Both the position numbers and the translations under genes were made by a program. A DNA stretch of 56,779 bases, counting the filler, from Sphacelaria rigidula (Eukaryota), in NCBI GenBank assembly GCA_964200075.2. It is 6 parts of 6 records of this genome, joined end to end, with 100 filler letters (N's around TTAATTAATTAA, not from the genome) between each part and the next. Parts side by side here need not be neighbours in the genome. Positions count along the whole stretch, not along the records: positions 28,442 to 37,821 come from CAXNAA020008630.1; positions 37,922 to 47,300 come from CAXNAA020008631.1; positions 47,401 to 56,779 come from CAXNAA020008632.1; 3 more parts are not named here. The stretch is one strand, 5' to 3'. The notes beneath the pieces are model-generated. The model was given only the letters and a program-made list of their open reading frames with translations. It ran no database searches and was not told the origin of the DNA. Of the stretch, positions 36,549-47,718 are shown piece by piece (position 1 is the stretch's first letter; every line of letters starts with the position of its first letter).

Positions 36549-37705
36549 CAAAAAGCTACCATCGCCATGTTCGCCCCTCGCTCGGCACCATACCTTCTTG
36601 CCCCCTCTTTCTCTGTCCCCCTCAATACTCGCCAGGAAAACAACACGGTCACTTACATGACGAGCAAGAACTAGTACGAACGTTAGCCCTCGCGTCCGTA
36701 GGTAGCAGTATTCATAAGGGGTACCTAAGGCAATTCGAGACGTGGGTGAAGTGGAGAGAAGCTCGAAGGGAACAAGCCTTCCTACGAGAAGACGACGGAG
36801 AGCTGGCCGCGGTGAACTCCCTCACTACGTTCATGGCGAGTAGGGTTTTCTGTCATGGGAACCAGAGCTCAACAGTTCGATCATATTTGTCCGCCATTCA
36901 GTATTTTCAAAAGATGTTGACGGGGTGGGAATTACCCACCCGGCACTGTATGCTAACCGCGATATACAAGGGTATTGACAGGATGCATGGGAGAGGTGAG
37001 GTTGAGAGGAGAGTGCGAAAATCCTTGACGATAGACATCTTGAATGCGAAAGGGTCAAGAAACGCGGAGTAGGTGGAAGAGCGCGTCAAGTGGATTGGGT
37101 TGGCGTTGTCGTACTTTCTACTGTGCAGGACCTCGGAAATCTGGGCATACAACACCGGCCTAGTACATTCTGAATTTTGCCTCACCTGAGGCAATCTAAA
37201 CTTTTTTCAGGGTTCAGCCCAACTGGAAGGGGTTGGCAGGAGGGAAGCAGACACGGTGGAGGTCACGTTTGAGGCCTCCAAGGCAGATCAAAAACGCCAA
37301 GAAGCAGAGATATCTAGAAAAAGTCTTTCGGTGGGGCAGGACGAAGTGCACAGCCAACAGATCAACGGCGCACTAAAATTACTGCTTGAATTACTCGAGT
37401 ATTACCCTAGCCTTGGCGCACAAGCACCACTGATGCAGACTTGGAGTGGTAAAGGGTGGCAAGTGATCACGCGCAACGAAGCTACCGCGGCTCTACGGCA
37501 GCTAGCGAGTCGCGCAGGGAAAGACCCAAGGCAGTACGCACTCCACTCCGGAAGGATTGGGGGAGCTACAAAATTAGCAGCGCAAGGAGCGACTCCCTTG
37601 CAAATTTAGAGGGCGGGGCGTTGGAAATCGCAAGCATTCATGATTTACGTCAGAGCTGAAGGGGAGGGAGCGCAGTTCGTTTCGGGGGCACTAACACGTA
37701 GCTAG
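36545..37705 (+). pseudogene. Tyrosine recombinase (integrase) of the YR retrotransposon
   Basis: TVRSYLSAI SAM-like region, LCRTSE, SKADQ, YALHSGRIGGAT, GRWKSQAFMIYVR (catalytic R..K..HxxR..W..Y). Internal stops are present. Confidence 0.9.
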
Positions 37706-39222
37706 CGAGTACGATCTGAAGTTTTAAAAAAGCGCAGCTTAGCGGGCCGCCTAACGGGGGAAGTGTTGACCAGCCCCGAGGAAAAGGGGGACGAGTCAAC
37801 AACCAAGAACAGAAAGTCACGNNNNNNNNNNNNNNNNNNNNNNNNNNNNNNNNNNNNNNNNNNNNTTAATTAATTAANNNNNNNNNNNNNNNNNNNNNNN
37901 NNNNNNNNNNNNNNNNNNNNNCCCAGGAAAATAAGAAACCCAGCCTCAGGCCGATTTTTCAGTTTCTTACTAGCGGGCCGGTACCGTACAGTAACAGCAA
38001 CATCGATAGGCAACAAAGCGTTATTTAACAAGCAGCTGATCCTGTTCATGTCACGAGGATGACGTACGCCCACAAATCTTGTCTCTCGTGCTGAGAAGTG
38101 ATGAAGTCGTACATGTCGTTCTTGCTCCCGAGTGTAGATCGCGAGGGTAGTCTATCTGAATGATATAAACCTTTTTCAAGTGAAATTGATGCCGATTCAT
38201 CAGATGGCCTACTCTTGCCGTTACGGAATCAATATACAACATTTCTCACATCACTTTCGGGTCCAATGCGGTTTAGCGCTCCTCTATATGTACCCGATCA
38301 TAACCGGATCGTAGTCTGTAGTTTCTCATCTGGAAGCACAGCACTGTTGGGAGTAGATGCCGTTGATCCCCCTACGACTGCTCTGGTATGACAGCACACG
38401 TGAGTCTAAGGTTATCGATCACGGAGTACAGGACATGCTATGCTGGGGGTGTAGGGGTAGCATGCCCGGCATCGAAAATCACGAATCGTTTTGCCACTTT
38501 TGAAGTAAACATGGCCGGAAATTCCAATGGCATCCATCCGAATTTTCGGAACATGATGCCTGCTCAAGTGTCGACACACTTTGCGGTCGAAGGTTTTTTG
38601 ACGTCACATTGCTTGTCACCCCCAAGAGGTACGAGCTGGGCCAGCCGAGAGGCGAATTTGTATTTGCAGGCGCATTAACCGGCCCATATTACGTAGAGTT
38701 GTGAACTGTTTGGCTGATCAGTTAAGCCTTGGACGGCGAGGGTAGGTCACCTGCTGAATCGGCATCATTTTTTCTCTTGAACAAAGTATGCGTGATCCAG
38801 ATGGACAACCCGCATCGGGGTCTAAGGGTGAACTGGTTCCAGAAAATTAAAATTACAACCAGTTACAGTTACCAGTTAAAACTGGATAACTGGCGGCGAA
38901 GCCACCCCGCGACTCCGCCGGCGTCACCTGGTGAGGCAACGCGGCGGAGTCGCGTAAACGCCCCCCCCCACCGGCTGGTGAGGGGGCGCCGCCGGAGGCA
39001 AGAAAATTACGCCATTCGGCTCCACATCTCTCCGAAATCGCGGTAAACTCCAGCTGCCTAGCGCCAGCAATTTGAGCACGAAATCAGGGCACAAGAGCAT
39101 ATATGTATGGGGCAAAAAATAATGCGTCACTGAACTTTGTGGCGTGAAAAGAAAAACGAAGTGGTGAGAAAGTAGTGCGCACAATACATACAGGCTGGGC
39201 CAGCCTGCAAGCGGATTTGTAC

Positions 39223-39500
39223 TTTGCAGGTGAATTCGCATTTTTCTTCTCGGAGTTGGAAAGTGAAATCTGGTATGGACAATCAACATGGCATGAAGAA
39301 AAGCTGTCTGTGAGGTCCCGAAGTTTTTTCAATTTTTTTCATGAGTTAAGGGCATTTTACAAAAAATTGCCCTTCACTCATGAAAAAAAATGAAGAAAAC
39401 TTTGGGACCTCAAAGACAGCGTTTCTTCATACCATGTTGATTGTCCATTCCAAATTTCACTGTCCAACTCCAAGAAAACAAATGCGTATGTACCTTCGAA
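39223..39500. repeat. ~280-bp imperfect palindrome centred near 39362
   Basis: TTTTTTCATGAGTTAAGGGCATTTT pairs with AAAATTGCCCTTCACTCATGAAAAAA, and TGGACAATCAACATGG pairs with CCATGTTGATTGTCCA. Arms are about 135 bp. Confidence 0.9.
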
Positions 39501-40771
39501 AAACCGGGTCGGCGGAAATTCGGAACAGTATTTTGCAGGCCGTTTATCGGCCCACGTTTGGTGTTTGTGGGTTGAAACTTTGTGTGGGACCTCGCTAGGT
39601 CATGATGGACCAAGAAAAATGCGTGAAAGGTTTTCACCGATTGAGGGCGTTTTGTATGGTAACGACCATTTTTTTGCGAGAACGCCCGAACCTCTCGTGA
39701 AAAAAAAAGGAAGGCCCATTTTTTTTCACTCAGCATACCTCTGTCGTTCTCCGTGCCAAGTTTCAAATCAAAGTTTTCAAAATTGAGTTGAAAGTTCGAG
39801 ATAAGGCCCAAGAGCAATGTTCATTTCTCCTCAAAACTCTTCTAGAGACGAAAAAATATGGGAAAAAAAAAAAACCCGAAAAAGCTGTGTTTTTTATTTT
39901 ATTACATACTAGCGGTTCTCCATGCCAAATTTCATAGCACAACTCTCAAAACCTGAGACGCGATATCCAGATTTAGGTCATCTAGTGCCTTTGCTCGTAA
40001 TATACTGATTTTAGTATAAACAATTATGTGCGCCCTATCTCGAGATAGATTACGAATTAGTTGAAGGTGAGGGTATATATCGTCTATTCGTGCTCCAGGG
40101 AAGGTTCACATAAAAGTTGTCATCATCCGCTTAATCTATCGTTCGGGGTTTCAAATATATTTTAGTGTGGACGCTCTCTCCGCTAAGTATAGGAATTACT
40201 AGACATGGGGTTTAATCAACGAAAAAAATCGGCCCAGAATTTTGAGCAGATGGGCACCTTACCCTTGATTAGACAATTAATATGATATTCGGATCACGGC
40301 CCAACTCCTCTGTGTCGTTGAGATATTGCTTTGAGAGCTTATATCCGTTCCTAGGCTGGCTCAGCTCGTACAAGCCGGAGGTGGCGTGACATGCACCATT
40401 TGGCGAGCGCCACGCCTTCGCGTTGAATGCGCTGTGCCTTCTCGTTCCCTACGTGGCTATCTCAGCCAGGCACCTAACACCCCTGCACATGTCCATAACC
40501 CAGGACGGCCGCATTGAAGAATTGTCCGTAGTCCCCGGCAGATACAGACGTGACAACCGATTAGTAGACCCTACCAAGGGGGGAGACCACACGTTAAGTG
40601 ATGTCATGGTAGGGGTGCGGCAATGGTTCCGAGAATGCGGCGTCAATTCTGTCGGGACCGGTATTGAACGAACCTAGTGTCTGCACACAGGGGCCATTAT
40701 GTGACCTGGCATCAGTTAATTTTGAAAAACAATGGAAATGATGTCGATTCACCTCATCCACCCGAGGGGGG

Positions 40772-40838
40772 GGGCGTTCTCATGTGTTGCTTGCCTTAGT
40801 CGTCTGACCATTGACCACGCATCCCTTTCGAGACGGAG
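40772..40838 (-). mobile_element. ~67-bp LINE 3'UTR fragment flanked by a 17-bp direct repeat
   Basis: Matches about 5815-5886. CATCCACCCGAGGGGGG occurs at 40755-40771 and 40839-40855. Confidence 0.8.
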
Positions 40839-41034
40839 CATCCACCCGAGGGGGGAAACTACCCTCCGTAGAGCACGGTTTCGAAATGCCAGGGATGGAC
40901 TTGTAACCCCAGAATATTGTAACGAAGAGCAACACATGAATGAATCGCAACATGAAATGAGACGCGAATGCCTACCATGGCATTCCAGCTATAGCAGTGC
41001 AGAAACATCTGGCATAATACTTTTATGCTTCGAC

Positions 41035-42210
41035 GGGCCCCATCAGAGCCTCATACACGAAGGAGACCCAAACTCGGCAATCTTTGATCAAGTCAGAGGC
41101 CGCCCCCGAATAGGATATGCAGTGTGGTGCCACGGTACATGCCAACAACATAATAACCCAATCAATCAACGAATCATCTTGTCCTATGGAGGGATAGGCC
41201 CATATCTTTTCATCGCGCCCTACAAGGCACACAACGAATATAAAAATACACAGACGTTGACGGGAGTCTCCTTCGTATATGAGGCTCGCCATCACTAGTC
41301 GCCGAGGAAGCGAGCATAAAATTAATGTTATAAGACGGGCCTCACGAGAGCCTCATACACTAAGGAAACCCAAACTCAACAATCTCTGATCAAGTCAGAG
41401 ACCACCCCCGAATAGGATATGAGTTGTTGGTACGGTACATGCCAACATGACCTAATCTATCGATGAATCATGAATCATCTCGCCCTATGGAGGTATAGGC
41501 CCACTTCTTTTCATCGCATAAATAAGCCACGCAACGGATAGCAAAGTACCAAAAACTTGAAGGGAATCTCCTTCGCATATGAGGCTCGCCGTCGTCAATC
41601 GTCGGCGAAGTAGCAAGCATAATCTATATATTCTTGGATGGGCCTCATGAGAGCCTCATACATGAAGGAGACCCAAACTTGACAATCTTTGATGAAGTCA
41701 GGGGCCGCCCCCGAGTAGGATCCGCGTTGTGTTGCTACGGTACATAACAACGTTACCTAATCTGTCGATGAATCATCTTGCCCTATGAAGAGATAGGCCC
41801 ACGCCCACATCTTTTCATCGCACTCTGCGAGGCACGCAACGGATATAAAAAAAGAACAACCTCGAAGGGAGTCTCCTTCGTATATGAGGCTCCGCGTCGC
41901 CAATCGCCGGCAAAGCAGCAAGCATAGTATCTATATTCTTCGATGAGCCTCATTAGAGCGTCGTACACGAAGGAGATCCAAACGTGGCAATCTTTGATCA
42001 AGTCAGAGGCCGCCCCTGAATAGGATATGCGTTGTTGCTACGGTACACGCCAACACAACCTAACCTATAGATGAATCACCTTGCCTTACGGAGAAATAAG
42101 CCGACATCTTTTGATCGCCTTCTCCAAGGCACGCAACGGATATCAAAATACAAAGACCTCGGAGGGAGTCTCCTTCGTATATGAGGCTCGCCATCGCCAG
42201 TCGACGGCGA
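41035..42210. repeat. Four tandem ~303-bp non-coding units, each bracketed by a 22-bp inverted repeat
   Basis: GAGCCTCATACACGAAGGAGAC-like motif at 41046, 41348, 41651 and 41956 (periods 302, 303, 305). The reverse motif GTCTCCTTCGTATATGAGGCTC lies about 220 bp later in each unit (e.g. 41266-41287; the last ends at 42189). Confidence 0.95.
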
Positions 42211-42309
42211 GGCAAGGGCATTCCGAATTCGAACAAGAGATGAGGCGCCGACAACGTATGGCGTGCTGAAACATATGTTCGTATGGCCGAACTATGGTGA
42301 AGCTAAAGG

Positions 42310-44746
42310 ATGTCACACCTCAACACGTATTTGATATCACCCAGGACTGTGGGGCGAGACCGACCTCAAGCAATGGGAAGTACGTCAGCATGGAACCTCA
42401 AAAACTCACTGTACAAAGCCGCAGACGTATTTCTCAACGCTGTGGAGTCAGATGAAGAGCATAAGTGGCTGAATACAGAGACGACATGCGACGAAAAAAG
42501 GGAGCTCACCAGGTCTCTCCTCCAGAAACACCCTCGGTTTGTGAACCTGACTGATCCCAACCTGGCAAATAACAGAAAGATGAGGAACGGTGACGGCGCG
42601 ATATACGACAGCATCCGTGAACTTTGGGCTAAACGGTCCGAGCAAGATATCGTCGCCCCTGAGGGAAAGAGGCAGATCCGCAGGTCCGTTTTAGGCGCTA
42701 TGTGCGGGGAATCCACAACATATGCAGATGCCAAAGAGTTCATTGGAGGGCTCCTGAGCCGAGAAACGTTTTATGGCGCGAAGAGGAGGCGAGAGGACGC
42801 CATGGAAAACGGAGAGCCGCACCGCATGTGAGTCACGACGACTGAGGTGGATATCGATGATGCGTATACGAACAGTATTCCCCCCCACAAGTGCCACGGA
42901 TAGAGACACCTATCACAACATCCACCAATCTGAAGACATAATACTTTCATCAACGCTCAGTCGCGATGATGCGTCGGCTGCTGAGCATCCCGTGTGTATG
43001 AAAATAGAGTATGATGCGTATCCAGCCCCCTCGCGTATCAGGCATCCACCTATGCCATGCTGCCGTCTTTCAGCGTGCCCGACAGGAAGCCGCGATCAGA
43101 TCGACTGAAGGTCACGTGTCCCAACGCACTGGCCTGGATTGAAGAACGGGTCACATTTCACACCCAGCCGTCTCCGTATGAGGTGAAATGGAAGCACGAC
43201 TATTCACCCGGCAACCACAAGCGCTCAGACGAAGACCACCCGCTGGTGTGCGTGAAACCCGAGCTATGCTCTCGTATGCCTGTTCGTTACTTGATGGGCA
43301 CGAAGCTGAAGCTCTACGACGACATCATGACAGAGATGGAAGAGGCGGTGAGACAATGTGTGCCACACAGGCGTCGCATAGGAGTTTATGCCTAACCATG
43401 GCAATTGCTCGACAATGTTGACGATCGCATCGTTGTTCATACTAGACTCGGGAAAACACATCCTCTACCCCATCCGTGACTGCGGGACGCTAACACCTCC
43501 CGCAATGGGCAGGCGATGACATCGCGCTCTAGTAAACGTTTTCATATGTGAGTCTCGTTCTAGTCGTCGATCTCCTGCCCGTCATACACGTAGGAGGTCC
43601 CCAGCGGACCCAGATGTGCAGCTAATGTCATGTGTAGTATTTCCCCAGCCAGACATCGATGAACGAGGAAAGACTTTTACAGGCGGATATCTCGTCCACC
43701 TACTCCGCTTCTTAACAGACGTGGATCGGCAAGGGGCGAAGCACGCCGCAGCAGAAGACTTTCCTACTCACGAAGCAGGCGAACACCCTTCTCGGAAAAC
43801 AGTTTCTGTTTGTTGGTAAAGAAGACGTGACACCTGCTGTGCGCCAGGCGGCCCGGTCGGTAGCAAAGGAAATCAAAGTCTCAGGATGCCAAGCTATTGG
43901 CAGGGTAGCAGCATCGGGCACACCAGGCATCATCGCCGTCTACCAGCTATCTTGCTTGTGAGTTACCCCAACAACAGACGAATTCGCCAAGCGTTTCCGA
44001 TAAATGGATATACCTTCATTTCCGGGATTGTTATCGATGACAACGTCTCCGGATACACCCCTAACACCTGCCTCTTTCCCCCCTCACATCTGCGCGGTTT
44101 CTCATGGAGCTGCGAAATGTGCCTCGACCGGCACCCAGAGTGGTATCCTCTCGTCCACCGCGGGATCATGTCCGGACCATCCGAATACAGCAGAAAAGAG
44201 GTCGGCGGAGACTACGATGAGGAAGTCAGCGCCAGGGAATACGACCTGTGTTAGCTGTCCGACCATCTTCCGGAACGCCTGCCCTATGGGTCTACTGCTC
44301 TTATTCGAGTCGACCCCGCGTAACAACGCGGTCAGGATATAGTGCCAGTGCTGATAGCCCGGAAAGCGCCGAGCCCGTAGAGTTCGTCTGACAACTCACA
44401 CGACGGCATGTTCTTCAACGGAGACACGATTCTGTGGATAGTTGATTTTGAGCGAGCCGCAGAAATGGAATGCGTTCATTACGTGGTTCCGAATGAGGTT
44501 ACCGCCGACGCGAGAATACGGGCGGCCCCCCTCAGTTGTATAGCAGGATTGGGACAAGGCCTCGGCGAGTACATAGAATCGGTAGCAATGCAGGGCGGGG
44601 AGAGCAACTATTTCAAATTACGAGATGACGTAGTCGCGAATGCACGCTCGAATGTTGTCCTTCTCTCGACAAACCCCTTATCCGCCTTCAGCGACTTTGA
44701 AGCAGAACCGCTTTTCAAGGAGGATATCCGCCGGTGCACAGTATGA
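42310..44746 (+). pseudogene. Decayed, intron-split DNA-transposase-like gene (resembles Sola2-type proteins; family uncertain)
   Basis: Exon-like ORF 42310-42826 ends at GTGAGT. After TTTCAG (about 43073) comes RKPRSDRL..WIEE..TQPSP..RYL..KLYD, ending at GTGAGA. Later segments read LRFLTDVDRQ and LRGFSWSCEMCL. Confidence 0.4.
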
Positions 44747-45324
44747 CCCAAGCTTTTCAGCATCGAAACAGAAGTCGAAAAAAGTTCACGGGACCATATT
44801 CGTCCCAGGGTGCGAAACTATGGAGGGTCAAGAAAACGTTTAGAGCCAGTGTCACCTCGGTTCAAACAGACCGCAAGTCGAGACGTCACAGATACAAACT
44901 GCATTGGGAGGGGGAATTAAACCTTCTTTTCGCTGCGGAAGTCGAGTGGATAGTAGACGAAGGATACGTGGAGAAATACAAGGTCAAAACCAGGTAGTCG
45001 ACGTCGGCGAGTCTCCGCGGTGCTCATGCCGATTCGAAGTTCGGTGTGTGGAGTTGGATGCGTGTCAAGGAGTTTGTGGTGCGTGGAGTAGGATCACCGC
45101 TTGATGAATACACGTAAAATCCCACAAAAACGGACATCATGACCTTCACCGAGGGTGAAGTTCCCCAGAAACGCCAACGAAACACTAGTCGTGGTTACCG
45201 GGAGCCCATCGCCTTGCAAGCAGACCTCCCCGAACGAGCGTACCCTCCTCGCCTGCAACCTCGATTTTGGCTACTAGGTGAACATTTTAGCCGGAAAAGT
45301 GCAACCCTATCGTAGCACGACTCT

Positions 45325-46557
45325 CAGCATCTTATGAAAATACTGAAAAGCAGAAAAATATGATCGTGCTGTTGAGCTCTGGTTCCCGTGGCAGAAAACC
45401 CTACTCGCCATGAACGTAGTGAGGGAGGTCACCGCGTCCAGCTTTCCGTTTTTTTCTCGTAATAATGCATGCTCCCCCCGAGCTTCTCTCCATTTTACCC
45501 ATGTCTCGAATTACCTCATGTGGCTCTTCTTGGTACTGCTACGTACGGAAGCGAGGGCTTACGTTCGTACTAGCTCTTGCTCGTCATGTAAGTGGCCGTA
45601 GCGTTCTCCTGGTGAGTATTGAGGGAAACAAAATGGGGAAAGGAAGGTATAGTGCCAAACGGGGCGGCGCAAATGGCGATTTTATATATTGTTTATTCAT
45701 TTTTCCATGGATGACTGACCGCAACTCACCGTCTAGTCGTCTTTTCGGCGGCGGTCGAATACAATTTTCCTCCGGAGACCGATGAATGTCGTAGTAATTC
45801 CAACCCTGTTCTCCTGCCAGTTGCTTAATCCTGTCTTGAACCTGGTCCGCGGTCCATCTCGAAATTCCGTCGGCCAGGACATTGTCAATACCTCGAATGT
45901 GTTTTGCTATTGGACACCATCCCGATGTAATTTCCATCCGACCCATCATTCTCAGGAGAAGACCAGCGCGTCTGTCTCGAGAACAACGCAGGTGAGGTTC
46001 CATGATTTCCGGCCACACTCAGTATGTCGGCGACGGAAGCATGTGACCTGTCCTGGAGCCATTTGTTTTCCAACAACTCGCGGATTTTTTTCAATCTCTT
46101 TGGTGGGTACGGAAATCCGCATACCGTGGGTGTTTAATGTGTACCTCAATCCCTCCATGGTGGTATCCCAATCAGTACTTTTACTGGGTGCTAGGATTGG
46201 GGTTTTACCACATTCGCCTGGTCCGAACAATCTCAGATGGCCAGAGGCGAGAGAGGTGGATGCTCCTCTAGTATATTTACATCTTTCGGGGTTGTACGGC
46301 AGTGGGAATGTTCGATTGCTTGCGAAAACAGACCCCGGAATCCCGGGGACTCCGTCTAGCCGAAGGTGCGTTGAAAATCAGCTACTAAAATATTGTCGAT
46401 CACGTAGCAGCATTTGTGAGCATGTTTTGCGGCCACGCGCACGCTTTGGAAAGAGTTCGTTACGTCGGATTTCGACAAAAGAACCCGCTTGTTTTAAGAG
46501 TTTCTTTCTTGATGGTGACGATTTTGACAGCGTCGCGAGACTTGTGTATCGACCGTG
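45325..46557 (-). mobile_element. Internally deleted second copy of the YR retrotransposon family (RT, RNase H and YR pieces)
   Basis: FGPGECGKTPILAPSKSTDWDTT and GWCPIAKHIRGIDNVLADGISRW match 35515-36400. 45325-45570 matches the YR start at 36665-36920. Confidence 0.9.
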
Positions 46558-47019
46558 ACCCTACAACAGTACAGCAAGCAGTTCACGCAACCCCCGGCGC
46601 AAATCAAACCGTCTTTGCAGGGCTCCGACGCACCACATCATCGTATCAGCCACAGCACGGGGATTATGGGTCTGGGTACAAAGCGTCTTTTTCCGTGCGA
46701 AAATTCACAATATCCAACACATCATAACATTTTTCAACTTCGACAAGACAGCACCACGTGCCGACTACTGTTTTTCGGATAATATCAGAAGAGCAGCTCA
46801 GGCAACTCCGGTGGAGAGAGAGTTTTGTTTTTGCACGGTCTGGGCACACCATATTGTAGTGACAGATTCTGTACATGAAATAACCATGAGTGTGTGCTGT
46901 ATTACAGGTAGTATAGCAAAAACATGATTTTTGTTCTTCCCCAAATTTATACAAGTCCCCAGGCGTGCCAATCGTTGCCCAATATTTGACAACTGCCGGC
47001 CAAAACGGAGGTCATTTTC

Positions 47020-47300
47020 GGGCGGGGGAGGGATGGGACGTACTTATTTGTTGCTTGCCTTACAGTAGTCGTTTGACCATTGACCACGCATCCCTTTCGA
47101 GACGGAGCACCGTCCCTGCTCCTGATAGAGACACCTTCAACATTCCGGCGCTCATTACGTTTCTTCCAAATAAATATTACACAAAAACCGCTTACATATC
47201 TTATCCCCGTCCTGTTTCGTCGTCTCTGGCCACCATCCATCTCCTAGTATAGCCATCGGTTTCTCCCTATTGTCTGATGTATCGAACTATTTCATGCCAC
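47020..47300 (-). mobile_element. Further copy of the LINE ORF2 end and 3' UTR
   Basis: Direct match to about 5815-6082. Confidence 0.85.
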
Positions 47301-47400
47301 NNNNNNNNNNNNNNNNNNNNNNNNNNNNNNNNNNNNNNNNNNNNTTAATTAATTAANNNNNNNNNNNNNNNNNNNNNNNNNNNNNNNNNNNNNNNNNNNN

Positions 47401-47718
47401 AAGGGTGCGCTGCACCCTGCCAAGATAGTTCGGCCCGAAGCCTACTGATTATCTGGCATTTGGATGACAGCCTACGATGAGTTGCTTTATTATCTGGTAT
47501 CGTCACTTCCAGAGACAACCACGGCTCATACACTGCATCATGGGTGTCTCACCATTTGAACACTACGTAGTGCGATCATCCCTATTGTGCAAAGTTGAGG
47601 TTCTCCCACGCCGCACAACATGATCTAGCTCGACCACTATCATGGTAACTGCAAAAAATACGCAAGTGCGCAAAAAAATCGGTAACCTGGTTGCCGAGCA
47701 TACGCAGTGAGTGGCGTG
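47401..47718. repeat. TIR of Academ copy 2 (outer end cut by the contig start)
   Basis: CATGGGTGTCTCACCA pairs with TGGTGAGACACCCATG, ATGACAGCCTAC with GTAGGCTGTCAT, and GCAGTGAGTGGCGTG with CACGCCACTCACTGC. Confidence 0.9.

Larger units (their letters stand above)
30857..37821 (+). mobile_element. Tyrosine-recombinase retrotransposon (DIRS/Ngaro type), decayed
   Basis: The order is gag-like ORF1, RT, RNase H, tyrosine recombinase. Termini are not resolved because the contig ends at 37821. Confidence 0.9.

Noticed and set aside
36545-37705. Phage or prokaryotic integrase
   Set aside because: It follows RT and RNase H directly in DIRS/Ngaro order within eukaryotic repeat DNA.
37922-40262. 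Kolobok-like TIR pair (GGCCGATTTTT at about 37949 versus AAAAATCGGCC...GGGCACCTTA at about 40225-40261)
   Set aside because: Only about 11 bp match, there is no intact TTAA, and the left side is at a contig edge.
41035-42210. CRISPR-like repeat-spacer array
   Set aside because: The sequences between the 22-bp motifs are homologous between units, the motifs alternate in orientation, and no cas-like ORF is present.
40732-42269. ORFs over the 303-bp array as a repeat protein
   Set aside because: Periods of 302, 303 and 305 break frame, and the consensus has stops in every frame.
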